Assembly (NCBI GenBank): GCA_010015585.1
Contig: ML975150.1
Length of the DNA stretch: 64,000 nt
Strand: one strand, 5' to 3'
Source of the DNA: Eremomyces bilateralis CBS 781.70
Lineage: Eukaryota
This document shows positions 23,674-36,602 of this stretch, one piece after another. The position numbers and the translations under genes were made by a program. Under the pieces are notes generated by a model. It saw nothing but the letters and a program-made list of their open reading frames with translations, was not told where the DNA came from and ran no database searches. How positions within the stretch are numbered: position 1 is the stretch's first letter; each line of letters begins with the position of its first letter.

Positions 23674-26350
23674 ATGGGAGAATACAAACTCTCCGCCTCT
23701 CTTGAGGGGCATGAGGACGATGTAAGAGACTTTTTTCCCCACCCGAGCAAGTCGATGGGATACCGGAAGCACACGTCCCCTCCCTAGACCTTCATATCCG
23801 ATCCGCCATCGCACGATACCCTCTAACACCAGTGCTAACTTCACAATTCATAGGTCCGTGCCGTCGCCTTTCCCGACCCATCCTTCGTCGTTTCAGCTTC
23901 CCGGGACGCAACCGTGCGGTTATGGCGCAGCGATGGTGGAAGCCCTCCAACCTATGACGGCACCGTGTCCAGTACCGGCACTTCCTTCGTCAACAGCGTA
24001 GCTTACGCTCCACCGTCCACCGATTTTCCCGACGGCCTGATTGTGTCGGGCGGGAAGGACACGATTATTGATGTTAGGAGTCCAAAGAAAACATCACACG
24101 ATTCTGCCGATGCGTTACTACTCGGTCACAGCGGCAATGTGTGTGCGTTGGATGTCAGCGACGACGGAAAGACAATTGTGAGCGGCGCTTGGGACGCTGA
24201 AGCAAGGGTTTGGGAGGTGGGAAAATGGGGTCAGAGTACCGTGCTCAAAGGCCATGGAGGGAGCGTGTGGGCGGTACTGATGTATGACCGAGAGACAATC
24301 ATCACAGGTAGGGCATCATTCTCTCCTCCGAGCCGGATCGAAAAGTGTCTACCATATCTTGTTCTTCAATAATGGCTAACACGAGGTTCCAGGTTGTGCA
24401 GACAAACTGATACGCATTTTCCACATCGTCGGAAAGCAGCTGTCCGAAATTCGAGGGTCACCCGACGTCGTACGTGCGCTCTGTAAACTCCCCGACTCCC
24501 ATCCATCTGGTGCGCAATTTGCATCCGCCGGAAACGATGCGATCATTCGTCTCTGGACAATACAAGGGAAAGAAGTTGCTCAGCTGCATGGACATGAAAG
24601 TTTCATCTACGCTCTCGCTACCCTGCCGACGGGTGAGATAGCAAGTAGCTCTGAAGATCGGACGGTTAGAATATGGAAAGGGGCCGAATGCGTCCAAACT
24701 ATCACCCATCCTGCCATCTCGGTATGGTCGGTCTCCGTCTGCTCTCAGACAGGCGATATCGCAACTGGTGCTAGCGACCGCATTGCCCGTGTTTTCACAC
24801 GAGATGAACAGCGACACGCTTCTCCAGAGGCAATTGCCGCGTTCGAGGAGAGTGTCAAGGCATCTGCCATACCCCAGCAGTCGCTTGGTGAAGGCCAGCA
24901 AATCAATAAGGAGCAACTCCCCGGTCCGGAGTTCTTGACGAACAAATCTGGAACCAAAGACGGACAGATTCAGTTGATCAGAGATCCGAATGGCAGTGTC
25001 TCGGCTCATCAATGGTCTGTGACCACGCAAGAGTGGTTGAGCGTGGGTACTGTCGTTGACGCTGCCGGAAGTAGCGGTCGAAAGGTCACCTACAAAGGTC
25101 AGGATTACGATTACGTGTTTGATGTGGATATTGAAGATGGAAAGCCACCGCTGAAACTTCCCTTCAACCTATCGCAAAACCCATACGATGCGGCTAGGAA
25201 GTTCATCGAGGACAACGAGCTGCCCATTTCGTATATCGACCAGACGGCGCAATTTATCGTTACCAACACTCAAGGAGCTACTCTTGGACAGCAGCAACCC
25301 GCAGGAGGGCCAGATCCATGGGGTTCCGACCGGAGATATCGACCTGGCGATTCGTCCCAAAGCACCGCCCCGGCACCCGCGCCTGAACCGAAGAAGCTCA
25401 TCCCTCAAAAGGACTACCTTCTTATCACCACCGCCAACCTGACCCTTATTAAGAAGAAGATCCTCGAGTTCAACTCGGCCTTCTCCGACCCGGAAATGAC
25501 GTTGTCTCCCTCCGAGCTCGGCTCGCTCGACACCCTCATAGAAACCCTGGCCAAGTGCCAGCTCTCGCCATCAAATCCCCCTGCCATCCCCGCGCCCGGC
25601 GCCGAAATCCCCCTCCGCCTCGCCGCAACCTGGCCACCGCAGAACCGCCTCCCCGTCCTCGACCTCCTCCGCATCCTCACAGCCTTCTCCCCCGCAACCG
25701 CGCAGGCGGCGCCCGCCCCCTCCCGCACCCTAATCGACTTCCTCGCCGACTCCTCCTCCCCCGCCGCCGTCTTCACCCCCGATGCACCGACCAACAACAG
25801 CATGCTAGCCTTCCGCGCGCTCGCCAACCTGTTTGGCACCGCGGCCGGCCGGCGGCTCGCGGCGCACGCGTTCGAGTCGATCGAGAAGGTCATTCGCGCG
25901 TTCGTTGACCCGAGCGAGGAGGTGGACCCCGCGTCGCGCGCGGAAATTCGGGTCAAGATGCAAAATAAGAACCTGACGACCGCTATGGCGACGCTGCTGC
26001 TTAACCTGGCAGTGGAACTCAACCATACGCAACCAGAGTCGGCAGATGCAGACGGGGATGATTCGATGACTGGTGGGGAGTTGGAGCATGAGAGCTCGCG
26101 GGCGGACCGCGCGGTGACGTTGCTCGATTTGCTGGTGCGGTTCGTTCCGGCGGTCAAGGGGACCGACGTGGAGGGGCTGTATCGCGGGTTGGTCGCGGTT
26201 GGGACGCTGCTGCTTGATGGGGGCTCGGATTTGATCGAGGCGGCGAAAGAGGTGTTTGATGTTGAAGGGGTGATGGAGTCGGTCGTGGGCAAGGAGCAGC
26301 GGATCAACATCGTGGTGAAGGAGATTCAAGGAATCGTGAAGGGGACGTAG
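23674..26350 (+). CDS. DOA1: Ubiquitin homeostasis protein Doa1/Ufd3/Lub1 (PLAA): WD40 + PFU + PUL
   Basis: MGEYKLSASLEGHEDDVRAV start, WD repeats, PFU motif YDYVFDVDIEDGKPPLKLPFN..QNPY.AA.KF, PUL-type WP...RLPVLDLLR and YRGLVAVGTL. Introns 23722-23853 and 24308-24392. Confidence 0.95.
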
Positions 26351-27156
26351 AGAGAAGTGGCATGGCGGGAGAACGGCGGCGGATAAGATTCGACGGGCGT
26401 GGAGCCATTATGGACACGACAGGACATGGAAGACATCATGTTTTATTAGCATTGCGAAATAAGAGGACAACTACTAGCATAGCCAAAGGATCCAGGCTCT
26501 AAACCCACCCCTTGCCGTTAGCGATACACTCCGCTCCAGGACTCGGACAAGATGTAATTGCACCATCAACTGCCATTGACACAATTTCAACCCCCTCCCC
26601 TTTCCCGGACTATTAAATTTTACCTACCACCCCCGCTCCGCTCATCTCAAGAAGATCAGGACGATGCCATTGTCAGTTCATCACTGCTTGTAGCCTGTAC
26701 CCCGTTTCGACCAATGAAGGGTTGCGAGATTCAATGAAACATGAGGCGTTGTCGAACTTCCTTGCTAATGTACGTACAAAAGCATCATTGAGGCGGGTTG
26801 ATATGGTTTCCCTAGAACAAGAAAAACTCGGAACCTCGCCCGAATTCCAATGTCGATGATGGGCTTCAACTGTTCTACCACGAGTCGCGTATTGCATGAT
26901 TTGTCGTGCATACAGTAACAATTAACAGGGATCTGATTCAGGTTGCCAGGGGCAGCCTCCACCGAGGCACCAACGGGCAACGGCTGAAGGGCGAACCATG
27001 GCTGACTCATCCAACGAAGACTTCCGAGTTCCGACGTCAATTGAAGGTCCGAACCTTAATGCTGGGAACAAACGTGGTGCAGCCTCTTAACTTCCCCTCA
27101 CAGCTTTTGGTACAGAACAAGATCCACCGAAGTTAAATAACGGGGTAGATATCAGC

Positions 27157-27576
27157 ATGGCCGAATCATCGCCGCCGAACACTCCAGCTCATTGCACGGC
27201 TGACTTCTGCCTCATCCCGCTCGGCACGCCCACCGCTTCTGTATCCCAAGAAGTAACCGACGTCGTCCGCCTCATCCAACGGTCCGGTCTCTCGTATTCC
27301 ACTCACTCCGCTGGAACTACTCTCGGTGCGTCTTAAGCATCACCCTCGATGTCTCGACGACGTCGCCGGGGAAGGCGTCCGCTCACTGAATGCACAGAAG
27401 GATCGTGGGACGACGTGATGCGGGTGATCGGACAGGCCCATCAACTGCTTCATGAGAACGGGGTGGTGCGCATCCAGAGCGACATCCGCGTGGGCAGCCG
27501 GACGGACAAGACGCAGACTTTTGCGGAGAAAGCCGAGAAGGTGCAACAGCTGCTTAAGGAGGAAGAGCGATCATGA
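27157..27576 (+). CDS. ECM15: UPF0045 / thiamine-binding-fold protein, Ecm15-like
   Basis: CTADFCLIPLGTPTASVSQEV...HSAGTTLEGSWDDVMRVIGQAH..LH..GVVRIQSDIRVGSRTDK after removing intron 27326-27397. Confidence 0.9.
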
Positions 27577-28304
27577 CCGTCGGCTGAACCAGAACTGGCA
27601 CCAGTCTCCTCTCGGCTCTTAACGCTTCAGCATGTCCATCAAATTCTCCGGGTTCGATATCATCAAATCCGGTAATCACTTACAATAAGGAAGACTAGAA
27701 TTTCAAATATGTGGGATTGCGAGCGGAGTTTCCCTTGCGCTTGCTGGAGATGTTCAGCTCTTCAGCTTTGATTTGACGCCTTTCATATTGGCACGAAAGA
27801 TCCTCTCATCTACTGATCTACGCGAGGTGCGCTCCCATTGTAGTCTTAAAATGGACCTGAGGCTTTGACAGAGTCAGATTCGATACATCCAGGGACGTAG
27901 GGGGGATGGACATTCATCGAAAGTGGACACACAAGGCGAGATCGCTTTCCATTCCTCGTCAAGGCCGTCTTAGCTCGACGAATCTTCCCCAGCCGCAAGA
28001 TATGGATAGTTATGGTGCCCCTCTCATTCCCCGGTGCCCACTGGAGAAACAACTGAATAGGTATAGTATGTGAGTATTACGTACCAAGGTGCTTGTATCC
28101 ATCCAGATACTTCGTTGCCAAAAGCAGCTGGTCTCACAACCTCAGCTATCCAGTCCCACCGAGCAATTAGCTCTCAGGTGAACCGCGGAGGTTCATAAAG
28201 GGTGGAGTGCCCATCGGTCAAGTCCCAAGTTACTCCTGCACAGCAACAGCTACAGAAATTTGAATTCCGAAGAGAGATAGTAATTCTCTCCGGCAAGTTT
28301 CATC

Positions 28305-29597
28305 ATGCGCCTTACCGCGATCCTTTCCCTTGCTCTTGCGGCAACCCACGCGGTTGCCCAGGATGAAAACGCGACGGCTAGCGATGAAAACGCGACGGCT
28401 AGCGATGAAAACGCGACGGCTAGCGATCAAACCATCCCCGACGTTGCTGAGGTTCAAAACATCACCGAAGTTGAGCAACCTCAAGTCATCCCCGAGGTCG
28501 TCAGTGTCCAAAGCAGCTTGGTTGGCGTAGCGCCTGAAGTGTCCACCGAGGCTGCGGACGAGACCCCTGTCGCTGCCGACACTGAGGCGGCTGAACCGAT
28601 TCTGAGCAGCTTGAGAGAAGAGCTCCAACAGATTACGGAGAATATCGGTATGTTCCCAGGACCCTCGGGCCGACCAAATTGACTGACAAGCCGCCAGAGA
28701 CCGCAGCCACTACTATCAACTCCACCGAGAACGAGGGCGTTCAAACTCAAGGGGCAGATCGTCTCGAGTCGGCGGTGGCTGCTATAGCGGAGCTTCTGCA
28801 GCAAGCCCGCCAGCAAATCGAATCGGGTGAAACTGGATCTGGAAACGTGGCCCGCTCGGCATACACATCCTCATCGTCCTCCTCCTCCTCATCCTCCTCG
28901 TCTTCGTCGTCTTCTTCCTCGTCGTCGGACTCAGACTCAGGCTCGTCGTCGGACTCAGACCGTGATGGAAGGTATGGAAAGCGGGATAGCGGGATCAAGA
29001 AGCGAGCCCCACAGTCTCCCTCGGGATATGACTACAGTGGCTGCTTTCTTTTCGACTACAGGTTCCGGGGGAATTCCGTGTGGCCAAGCGGAGGCCTCGC
29101 CACGTCGTTGAACAGCATCAACCAATGCCGAAACGTGGCTCGGGGCGCACGGTACCTGGGCGCCACGGATCTTAGCGGTGTCCCCGGCAATGCCTTCCTC
29201 TGCGAATGGGGGAGCAATACCATCCCAAGCTTTAACACTCTCAGGCAATATCCCGACTTCCTCTGCAACCATCGCTGCCCGAATGGACAAGAGGGCTGTG
29301 GTGGCAATTGCTTCAGGTTCAACGGCCGCCCCTATTGCTTCTATAGCATCTACCGCCGCCGCGGTGGTAATTGCGGCGGGGAGATCCAACAGATCCTAGA
29401 CCTTATCGATTTTATCCGGCGATTGATCGAGGGACTTCAAGGCAAGGGCCAATTCACTGGAAGTAAGTTGCACTTTGAATGAAAGAAAAACATGAAGGAC
29501 CAAATCACTGACAATGGATACAGTCGAAGCCGCGATCAACACTCAACAACAAATTGAGAATGATTCCGACTTTATCAGGCAGGCTCTTGGGTGCTAG
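28305..29597 (+). CDS. Secreted protein: signal peptide, acidic/Ser-rich pro-region, dibasic sites, divergent WSC domain and helical tail
   Basis: Hydrophobic MRLTAILSLALAATHAVA. Introns 28648-28697 and ~29463-29523 keep frame. WSC-like pattern YSGCF...QC...YLG...LCEWG...CNHRCPNGQEGCGG...YSIY. Stop TAG 29595-29597. Confidence 0.75.
28362..28424 (+). repeat. Three perfect 21-bp tandem repeats (GATGAAAACGCGACGGCTAGC) encoding DENATAS
   Basis: Read directly from the sequence. Confidence 0.95.
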
Positions 29598-30436
29598 AAA
29601 GCTTTTAGAACCTTCGCTGCAGCTCAGGAAGCAGTGGAGAGAAAGAAAACTTTGATGCAAAGGGGTTGAATAGGGTGATGTTCAGAGACTCCGGGTGAAG
29701 TGTGATTAGATGCAGGTCATAGAAATACATAGTACAGGTAATTAATAATATGGGTTGATATTGGAACAGACATTGTTGTGCGATACTCCGGCAATGGATG
29801 ACATCTGATCGTGCATCAAACTTCCCTACTTGCAAGAAGAGATCAATAGGTAACAAGGGATTAATATTTCATATCTTGCTGCTTCTGATCGATGGTGATT
29901 GTTTGTTTGCAGATGAAGTTCGAACGAGGATTGATACATGAAAGCAATCAAGTCATGTAATATGTGTCATGTGACATCATGGATTACATGTGGCTCCGGA
30001 GATTGCCGAGAGCAACTGCTACACCAAGGAAAATGTCTTGTTTCTTTCCGATTGTCCGACTCCTCCTCGTGTGATGTTTTCATGCATCCTTCTGCTTTTG
30101 GCGTTCCTTCCATCATCATCATCCCCCATCTCTCATCCATGTGATGCGACTTTTTAATCTTCATCTCCTGATCACCGTTCCACCTCTATACCATATACCT
30201 ATGCTACATTATGTTTAATGCTTAAACCTCGTCCGAACATCGAATCCGAACCTTGCGCAAAACTTCGTCGATCGTTCGCCTTCCTGGTCCACCCTGCTGC
30301 GCAAGATCGCGTGCGACTTTCACGAGACTGGCTGCACTCTCACTGCCACTGATCGCCCCTTAGAGATTTGACCTCCCATCTCATCTCCAATCGTCATTAT
30401 TCATCCCTCAATGATTCCGTCACATCTCCATCGACC

Positions 30437-32197
30437 ATGGCCTTCAACTTCAACTGGTCGCCGCTTATCGCGGACACCTCAAGAGCACGCGACATGCTCA
30501 CGTCTGCCCTAAACAAATCGCCGAAGCCTCCCATTATCGTCGACGATATCATCGTGACCGAGCTGAACTTAGGATCAACCCCTCCCGAGTTGGAAATCCT
30601 GGAGATCGGTGACCTGGCTGAGGATCGATTTCGAGGCATCTTCAAACTTGCGTATTCAGGAGACGCATTCCTCACCCTGAAGACCAGGGTGCAGGCAAAC
30701 CCGTTAAACACTCATTTATCGACAAAACCCTCGTTCGCATCGCCACAACCGCTGGCTGCCGGGTCGGGCCTTACGATACCTCTTCAGATCACCTTGTCGG
30801 ACTTCAGAATGTCGGGCTTTGTTATCCTCGTGTTCTCCAAGCAGAAAGGAATCACGCTTGTATTCCGAAACGATCCACTCGAGTCCCTGAAGGTTTCCTC
30901 GACCTTCGATTCCATACCGTTCGTGAGGGACTACCTGCAGAAAGTCATAGAGGAGCAGTTACGGGTACTGTTCATGGAGGATCTCCCGGCCATTGTGCAC
31001 CGGCTATCGTTGCGGCTCTTCTCTTCCGAATACAGCGATATGGAAACCGAGGAAGTAGATGGACAAAGGAACGATGATAGCACGATCCCTGTAGATCCTC
31101 TAGCCAGCCCTCCCCAGGATCCAACCGACGCTTTTGGATTCCCGTTAGACGACGACCAGTTTTCCTTGGACCCATCCGCCGAACTCCATGCGTCTTTCTC
31201 TCAAAAGAATCTTCTCCGACTCGCCGCTCTTACCGACTCACACCGCACCTTATCCCTATTTACACCTTCGATCCGCGACACCGTCTTCCGTGCATGGGCC
31301 GGCCCATCCGATCGCGCAGATCAATTCGGCCAACATCCCTCGTTTGCGGCCGCGAGTCTTTCCCGAATGAATTCGGCGCTTGGGATTCATTCGGATGTCT
31401 CCACCGTTTCTGGAAGCGGAGAAAGCGATGCCTCATCATCGCGACCTACACTCTCAAGCTTCTCTTCATACTACGGCTCCAATGGCGGCCGGAATCGCGC
31501 ACGGCCGAAAAAGCGAAGAGTGGTAGACCTCCGTCGGCCAAAGGACGAATCGAAAGTGCCAGATGCAGCTCCACTGCCAGACGCGGTTCAACCGCCCGCT
31601 CGGGTACCAGCGACCATTCAAGAACGAGAAGTGGATCTTCCCTCGCCAACGACGACACCGACCACGTACCCCCGCCTCACGGGCCAACAACCGAGCCAGA
31701 CGACTTCATCTGCAATATCCTCAATTAACCTAACCAGTTCGACTGCAGAATCTCCGTCCTCCTCTAAATCTAGCGCCGAGTCCGCACCACCTCCTTACCA
31801 CCTTCACGAATCTCTTCCGACCCGCGTTGGCAAAGAAAAGCCCAACGACCTCACCCGCCACAATCTCAACTCCATTCCCATGTTCCGAAATTACTCCTTC
31901 GAGAAACCTGGCTCCCCCCTCTCCGCCCACGGCCGCACGTCCAGTTTCACGAACTTATACTGTCACCATCACCCCCAACAATATTGGGCATCTGGGCACG
32001 CGGGCACTTCGTACTTCGAATCGACCGGGTCGATCTTGGAGCAGGCGTGGATGCGGAAGATGGCGACGGAAATCGCCAGCCGGGTCGCGGGCGAGAAGGC
32101 TGCGCGGGAAAAGCTGGGAGGCGTGGTCAAGGGGATAGTGTCCTCTCCTGGGGCTGCACCACCGCTGGCTGATGCTCCGCCTGCGTACGGGTCCTGA
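30437..32197 (+). CDS. MDM34: ERMES subunit Mdm34 (SMP domain)
   Basis: [10 protein letters not shown]...[43 protein letters not shown]...[23 protein letters not shown]. Intronless. Confidence 0.95.
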   Translation: MAFNFNWSPLIADTSRARDMLTSALNKSPKPPIIVDDIIVTELNLGSTPPELEILEIGDLAEDRFRGIFKLAYSGDAFLTLKTRVQANPLNTHLSTKPSFASPQPLAAGSGLTIPLQITLSDFRMSGFVILVFSKQKGITLVFRNDPLESLKVSSTFDSIPFVRDYLQKVIEEQLRVLFMEDLPAIVHRLSLRLFSSEYSDMETEEVDGQRNDDSTIPVDPLASPPQDPTDAFGFPLDDDQFSLDPSAELHASFSQKNLLRLAALTDSHRTLSLFTPSIRDTVFRAWAGPSDRADQFGQHPSFAAASLSRMNSALGIHSDVSTVSGSGESDASSSRPTLSSFSSYYGSNGGRNRARPKKRRVVDLRRPKDESKVPDAAPLPDAVQPPARVPATIQEREVDLPSPTTTPTTYPRLTGQQPSQTTSSAISSINLTSSTAESPSSSKSSAESAPPPYHLHESLPTRVGKEKPNDLTRHNLNSIPMFRNYSFEKPGSPLSAHGRTSSFTNLYCHHHPQQYWASGHAGTSYFESTGSILEQAWMRKMATEIASRVAGEKAAREKLGGVVKGIVSSPGAAPPLADAPPAYGS

Positions 32198-32468
32198 ACA
32201 TCGACCATCAGCGTTCGTGCCATGGTTTGTGATTTGGCCTGTTTTCTTATGAATTATGACGGTATGGCTAACCGTGGGGGTTTGGCTTTTTGATTGTTGA
32301 GCGATCGTGGTTGGGTCCGCGAAACTGGCCGCCCAAGGCGCCGTGATGTACGATATGTTGGAGTGGGATGATCTAGCCCATAGGGAATGATCGCTTGTAA
32401 TATACTATACCCTGTCGCTAACTGCGTAAATTCATGTATGACCTTCTACATTTCTCCCAACGACCTAA

Positions 32469-33684
32469 TCATTTATACTTCTTTCCATCTCTTAGCACCG
32501 CCGGCGCGTCGTACCCACTCCGCACGACCGACCAAACCGACGGGAAGAACCGCCCCACCTGCGTCCGATAGTGCTGGTACTCCGGATACTTCTCCGACGA
32601 GATGGCCTCCGTCAGCGTGGTGCTGCCCTGGAAAATCGCCAGCAGCGCCACGACGCCGGCGCCGGACCAGTTGTAGGTAGTGCGCGACACGACGCACGAC
32701 CAGAGGTAAACGACGACCCAGAAGCTTTGCTCGGCGAGGAAGTTGGGGTGCCGGCTGAATGCCCAGAGACCTTTGGTGAGGAATCCGCGGTCGAGATCAG
32801 CGGGGGAATATGCGCTGTCTAGAGCAGGCCGCGAGCGTTTTTTGTACACTTGCCTCGCGCGGTGGTAGTCTACGATGACATTAGGTTAGGAGATCTAGGG
32901 CCAAAAAGGGTTTAGGCGGTGCAACTTACCCCATTGTTGCTGATCGGCGATATATTCGAACGCGACGATGCCGAGCAACAGCGCACAGAAGCCTGCGTCG
33001 ACGATCCCGAACGGCTCTCCGCGTACGGATGTGGACGTCAGCAGAATGACGTAGGCGGGCGCGGTGATCATGTAGAGGACGAGGACCTGGAACGTCGAGA
33101 TGAAGGTCAGGTTGAAGAAGGAGAAGACCCAGCGGGGGATTTTGGCGCGCAGGACTGCCCATCGGTAGTCTTCTTCGCCGGGTTTATAGCCGCCCTTGCG
33201 CCAGAAGTTGTAGGTCAGGCGGATCTGTCCGTCGGTTAGAGGGGAGTTCCTCTCGATTATGTGAGTTGGCACTTACGCCCCAGATCACCGAGCACAGGAA
33301 CAGTGCCGTGTTCCGCCCAGGATTCAGCGCGTTCCAATACGACCATAGCGCGAAGTGCGCGTTGAAAAGCACCGGGAGTATACTCCACAGGCGATCCACC
33401 ACGCTGTAATTCCCCGTGAGCTCCGACCGAAGAAAGAAGATCGGAGCGGGCAACAATGCCATCCCCAGGCCCGACACGAAGGGATTGATGCTCAGATATA
33501 GAAACTTGAGATCCTGTAGACTGTGCACGTCGTTCATGAGGTGGCCCAGGATGAGCAGCAACCAGTCTAGAAACGGCTGGACGGAGTGCTCCCACGCCAC
33601 CAAGTCTGGAACGTCGGTGGCATTTTTGATAACGGGGATGGTGAAGAGTAGTCCGGGTAGGACGGATGTGTCGACGTACTTCAT
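32469..33684 (-). CDS. DUF1295-family membrane protein (steroid 5-alpha-reductase-like)
   Basis: NYSVVDRLWSILP, RLTYNFWRKGGY..GEEDYRW, EYIADQQQW, GFLTKGLWAFSRHPNFLAEQ and STTLTEAISSEKYPEY..Y. Two introns. Confidence 0.88.
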
Positions 33685-34173
33685 GGTACCAATACGGGAG
33701 AAGGAGAGAAAACAGCGGGTGACTTCGCCGATGAATTGATCGCACAGTGGACAAATGGAAGAGAATTGGGGAAAGGAGATTTTATACAGTGGCTTGACAG
33801 AAACTTAAAGTAAATAATAGTCTACGTTGCAATTGTTGCTCGATATTAAATTGGTCGGGGTGACATGGGGTCGTCTTGATGAAATCATCAAACGTTCCAG
33901 CCTGCCGACCAGGAGCTGGGGAGTGACGAAGTTTAAACGTGGTGACGTTCTGGAACACGTATCGAAATGTGGCGGGGATGCGGCCCGCTCCACCCCAGGA
34001 TAGCGGAACGCGTCGAATTGACGTCGGCGTGGTGGGACGCGTCGACACTTGCCGCCTCAGGCTGAACCCTTCAATATCAATCCGCTCCCGTAGACCGCAG
34101 CTTACACCCTCAACTCTTAGAATACTTTTCGAATCACTATGGTAGAAGGGTATTAATCCAAGTATGGGACATA

Positions 34174-36602
34174 ATGAGAAAGATCCTCTGCGTAGCAGAG
34201 AAGCCCAGCATCGCGAAAGCGGTTGCCAACCACTTAGCTGGCGCACATGTTCCTGCGGTATGTGCTCCCCTAGCCGAGAAAATATGGTCCACTGACCGAC
34301 ATCTGTAGCGAAGCGTCACTGGATCGACGTACACGAAGAACTATGAATTTGATTACAACTTTGGACCGCCGTGGAACCAGTGCCGGGTCGTGTTTACCAG
34401 CGTTGCGGGCCACTTGACCGTCACCGACTTCGATCCGAAGTACAAGAACTGGCGGGCGTTTCCGGCGACGGAGTTATTCGAGGCGCGGATCGATGTGTTT
34501 GTTAAGGATGTAAGTTGAAACGCTCCTCTAGAAGTTTCTCGGCACTTATTCGGTAAGGACAATAAACCCATTGAGCGGAACATCGAGCAAGAAGCTCGTG
34601 GTGCGTTCGCACTCTTTATCTGGACGGACTGCGATCGCGAAGGCGAGCATATCGGAATGGAGGTCCGAAACGCCGCCAGAAAGACCAACGCGAATATACA
34701 AGTGAAGAGGGCGATTTTTAGTAACATCGAGCGAGCGTACGTATCGCAAATTTGGGCAATGATCGGCCTCTAACCTCCTTGCAGCCATATAATTGAAGCC
34801 TCCCGAAGATTCCATGAGCTCGACGAGAAACAGGCCGCCGCAGTCGAAACGAGAAACGAGCTTGATTTACGTATAGGTGCAGCGTTTACACGGTTCCTTA
34901 CATTGAGCCTCCAAAAAGTGTCGCCAAAACTAGAAGATCGGCCCGTAATAAGCTATGGTAACCCGTCGCTCATCCCCCTGCTTCCCTAGGAAATACCTGG
35001 CTGACCCTAGCGCAAGGCTCATGTCAGTTCCCGACGCTCGGCTTCGTCGTGGACCGATACTGGAAGGTTCGAAACTTCACGCCCGAGCCGTTCTGGAAGA
35101 TTGCGGTGATGCATCAAAAGCAGGGCATGGACGTGCGATTTACCTGGAAAAGAGGGCATCTGTTCGACCGGATGACGGTCGTCATTCTGTTCGAGCGCTG
35201 TTTGGCCGCGAAGCATGCACGAGTGAGCAAGGTCACCAAGAAACCCACTCGAAAATACCGTCCGCTGCCTTTGACGACGGTGGAATTGCAGAAGAATGGG
35301 ACTAGGTTCTTAAGGCTGGACAGTAAACGGGTTATGACGGTAAGGATAGCAAGCTGAACAGCAGGTACAGATTTGCTAACCATGGTAGGTTGCTGAATCG
35401 CTGTACAATAAAGGGTGGATTAGCTATCCCCGTACGGAGACAGACCAATTCGACAAAGCCACGAACCTAAGGCCGTTCATCGAGAAGCAGGCACAAAGTA
35501 CCCAATGGGGACAATACGCTCAAGGGTATGCTATCCTTATGTCGGGCAGTCTACCTCATGAATACTGACCATTGCTCAGCCTGTTAGACGGTGGCTTCCA
35601 GTTCCCCCGTTCCGGTCGAAACAATGACAAAGCCCACCCCCCAATCCACCCCGTCAACTTCGTCTTTCCCAACACCCTCGCCTCCGACGACGAGCGCCGC
35701 GTCTACGAATTCATCGTCCGCCGCTTCCTCGCCTGCTGCTCGGCCGACGCGCTCGGCGAATCCACCACCATCGACCTGACCTACGGACCCGAGCGTTTCG
35801 CCACATCGGGACTTACCGTCCTCGAGAAGAACTACCTCGACGTGTACCCGTATGAGCGGTGGGAGAGCAGCGCGCAGCTGCCGCCGTTCGCGGAGGGGGA
35901 GACATTCGTGCCGACCGAGGCGAATATCGTGGACGGGAAGACGACGGCGCCGGATTATTTGACGGAGCCGGAGTTGATTGAGTTGATGGATCGGAACGGG
36001 ATAGGGACGGATGCGACGATGGCGGAGCATATTTCGAAGGTGAAGGAGAGGGAATATATTAGGGCGGTGGCAAGGAGTGGTGCTGGTGCGGGTGAAGGGG
36101 AAGAGGAAGGACAGGGTAATGTAGGACGAGGGGCAAGAGGGAGTCGCGGCGGACGTGGCGGACGTGGCGGACGAGGTGGACGTGGAAGTAGCGCAGGCAG
36201 AGGAGGGGGACGGGGTGGTCTGGACCAACTGGTTCCGACGCAGCTAGGCGTGGCGCTGATCGACTGGTACGAGAGTCTGAACCTGGATAAGAACGTGGCC
36301 AAGCCGTTTCTACGGAAAGACGTAAGTTTGTCGGGGCAAAACACATTGGGAGGCATGATGATACTGACGTCCGTGTAGCTCGAAGTACAGCTCAAGGCCA
36401 TATGCGACGGCGCCAAGACCAAGACCCAAGTAGTGCAGACAGAGGTCGAAGTGTATCGAGAAATCTATGCGCGACAGAGTCAACAAGTGGCTCTGCTCAA
36501 AGCGGTATGTTCTCCGATGTGGCTTTCCGACCGTGATGCAAGATTACAATACTGACTCGGCGCTAGACTGTACGGCGATACCTCGACGGGGTTCAATCAT
36601 GA
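34174..36602 (+). CDS. TOP3: DNA topoisomerase III (type IA), multi-exon
   Basis: MRKILCVAEKPSIAKAVA, IWTDCDREGEHIG, SYGSCQFPTLGFVVDRY, catalytic ISYPRTET, DKAHPPIHP and GIGTDATMAEHI. Stop TGA 36600-36602. Confidence 0.95.

Noticed and set aside
26900..27156. TPP riboswitch upstream of the thiamine-binding-fold gene ECM15
   Set aside because: Only a vague CTGAT..GG match. No GCTGAGA or GNTAAT-RCC-GCG core.
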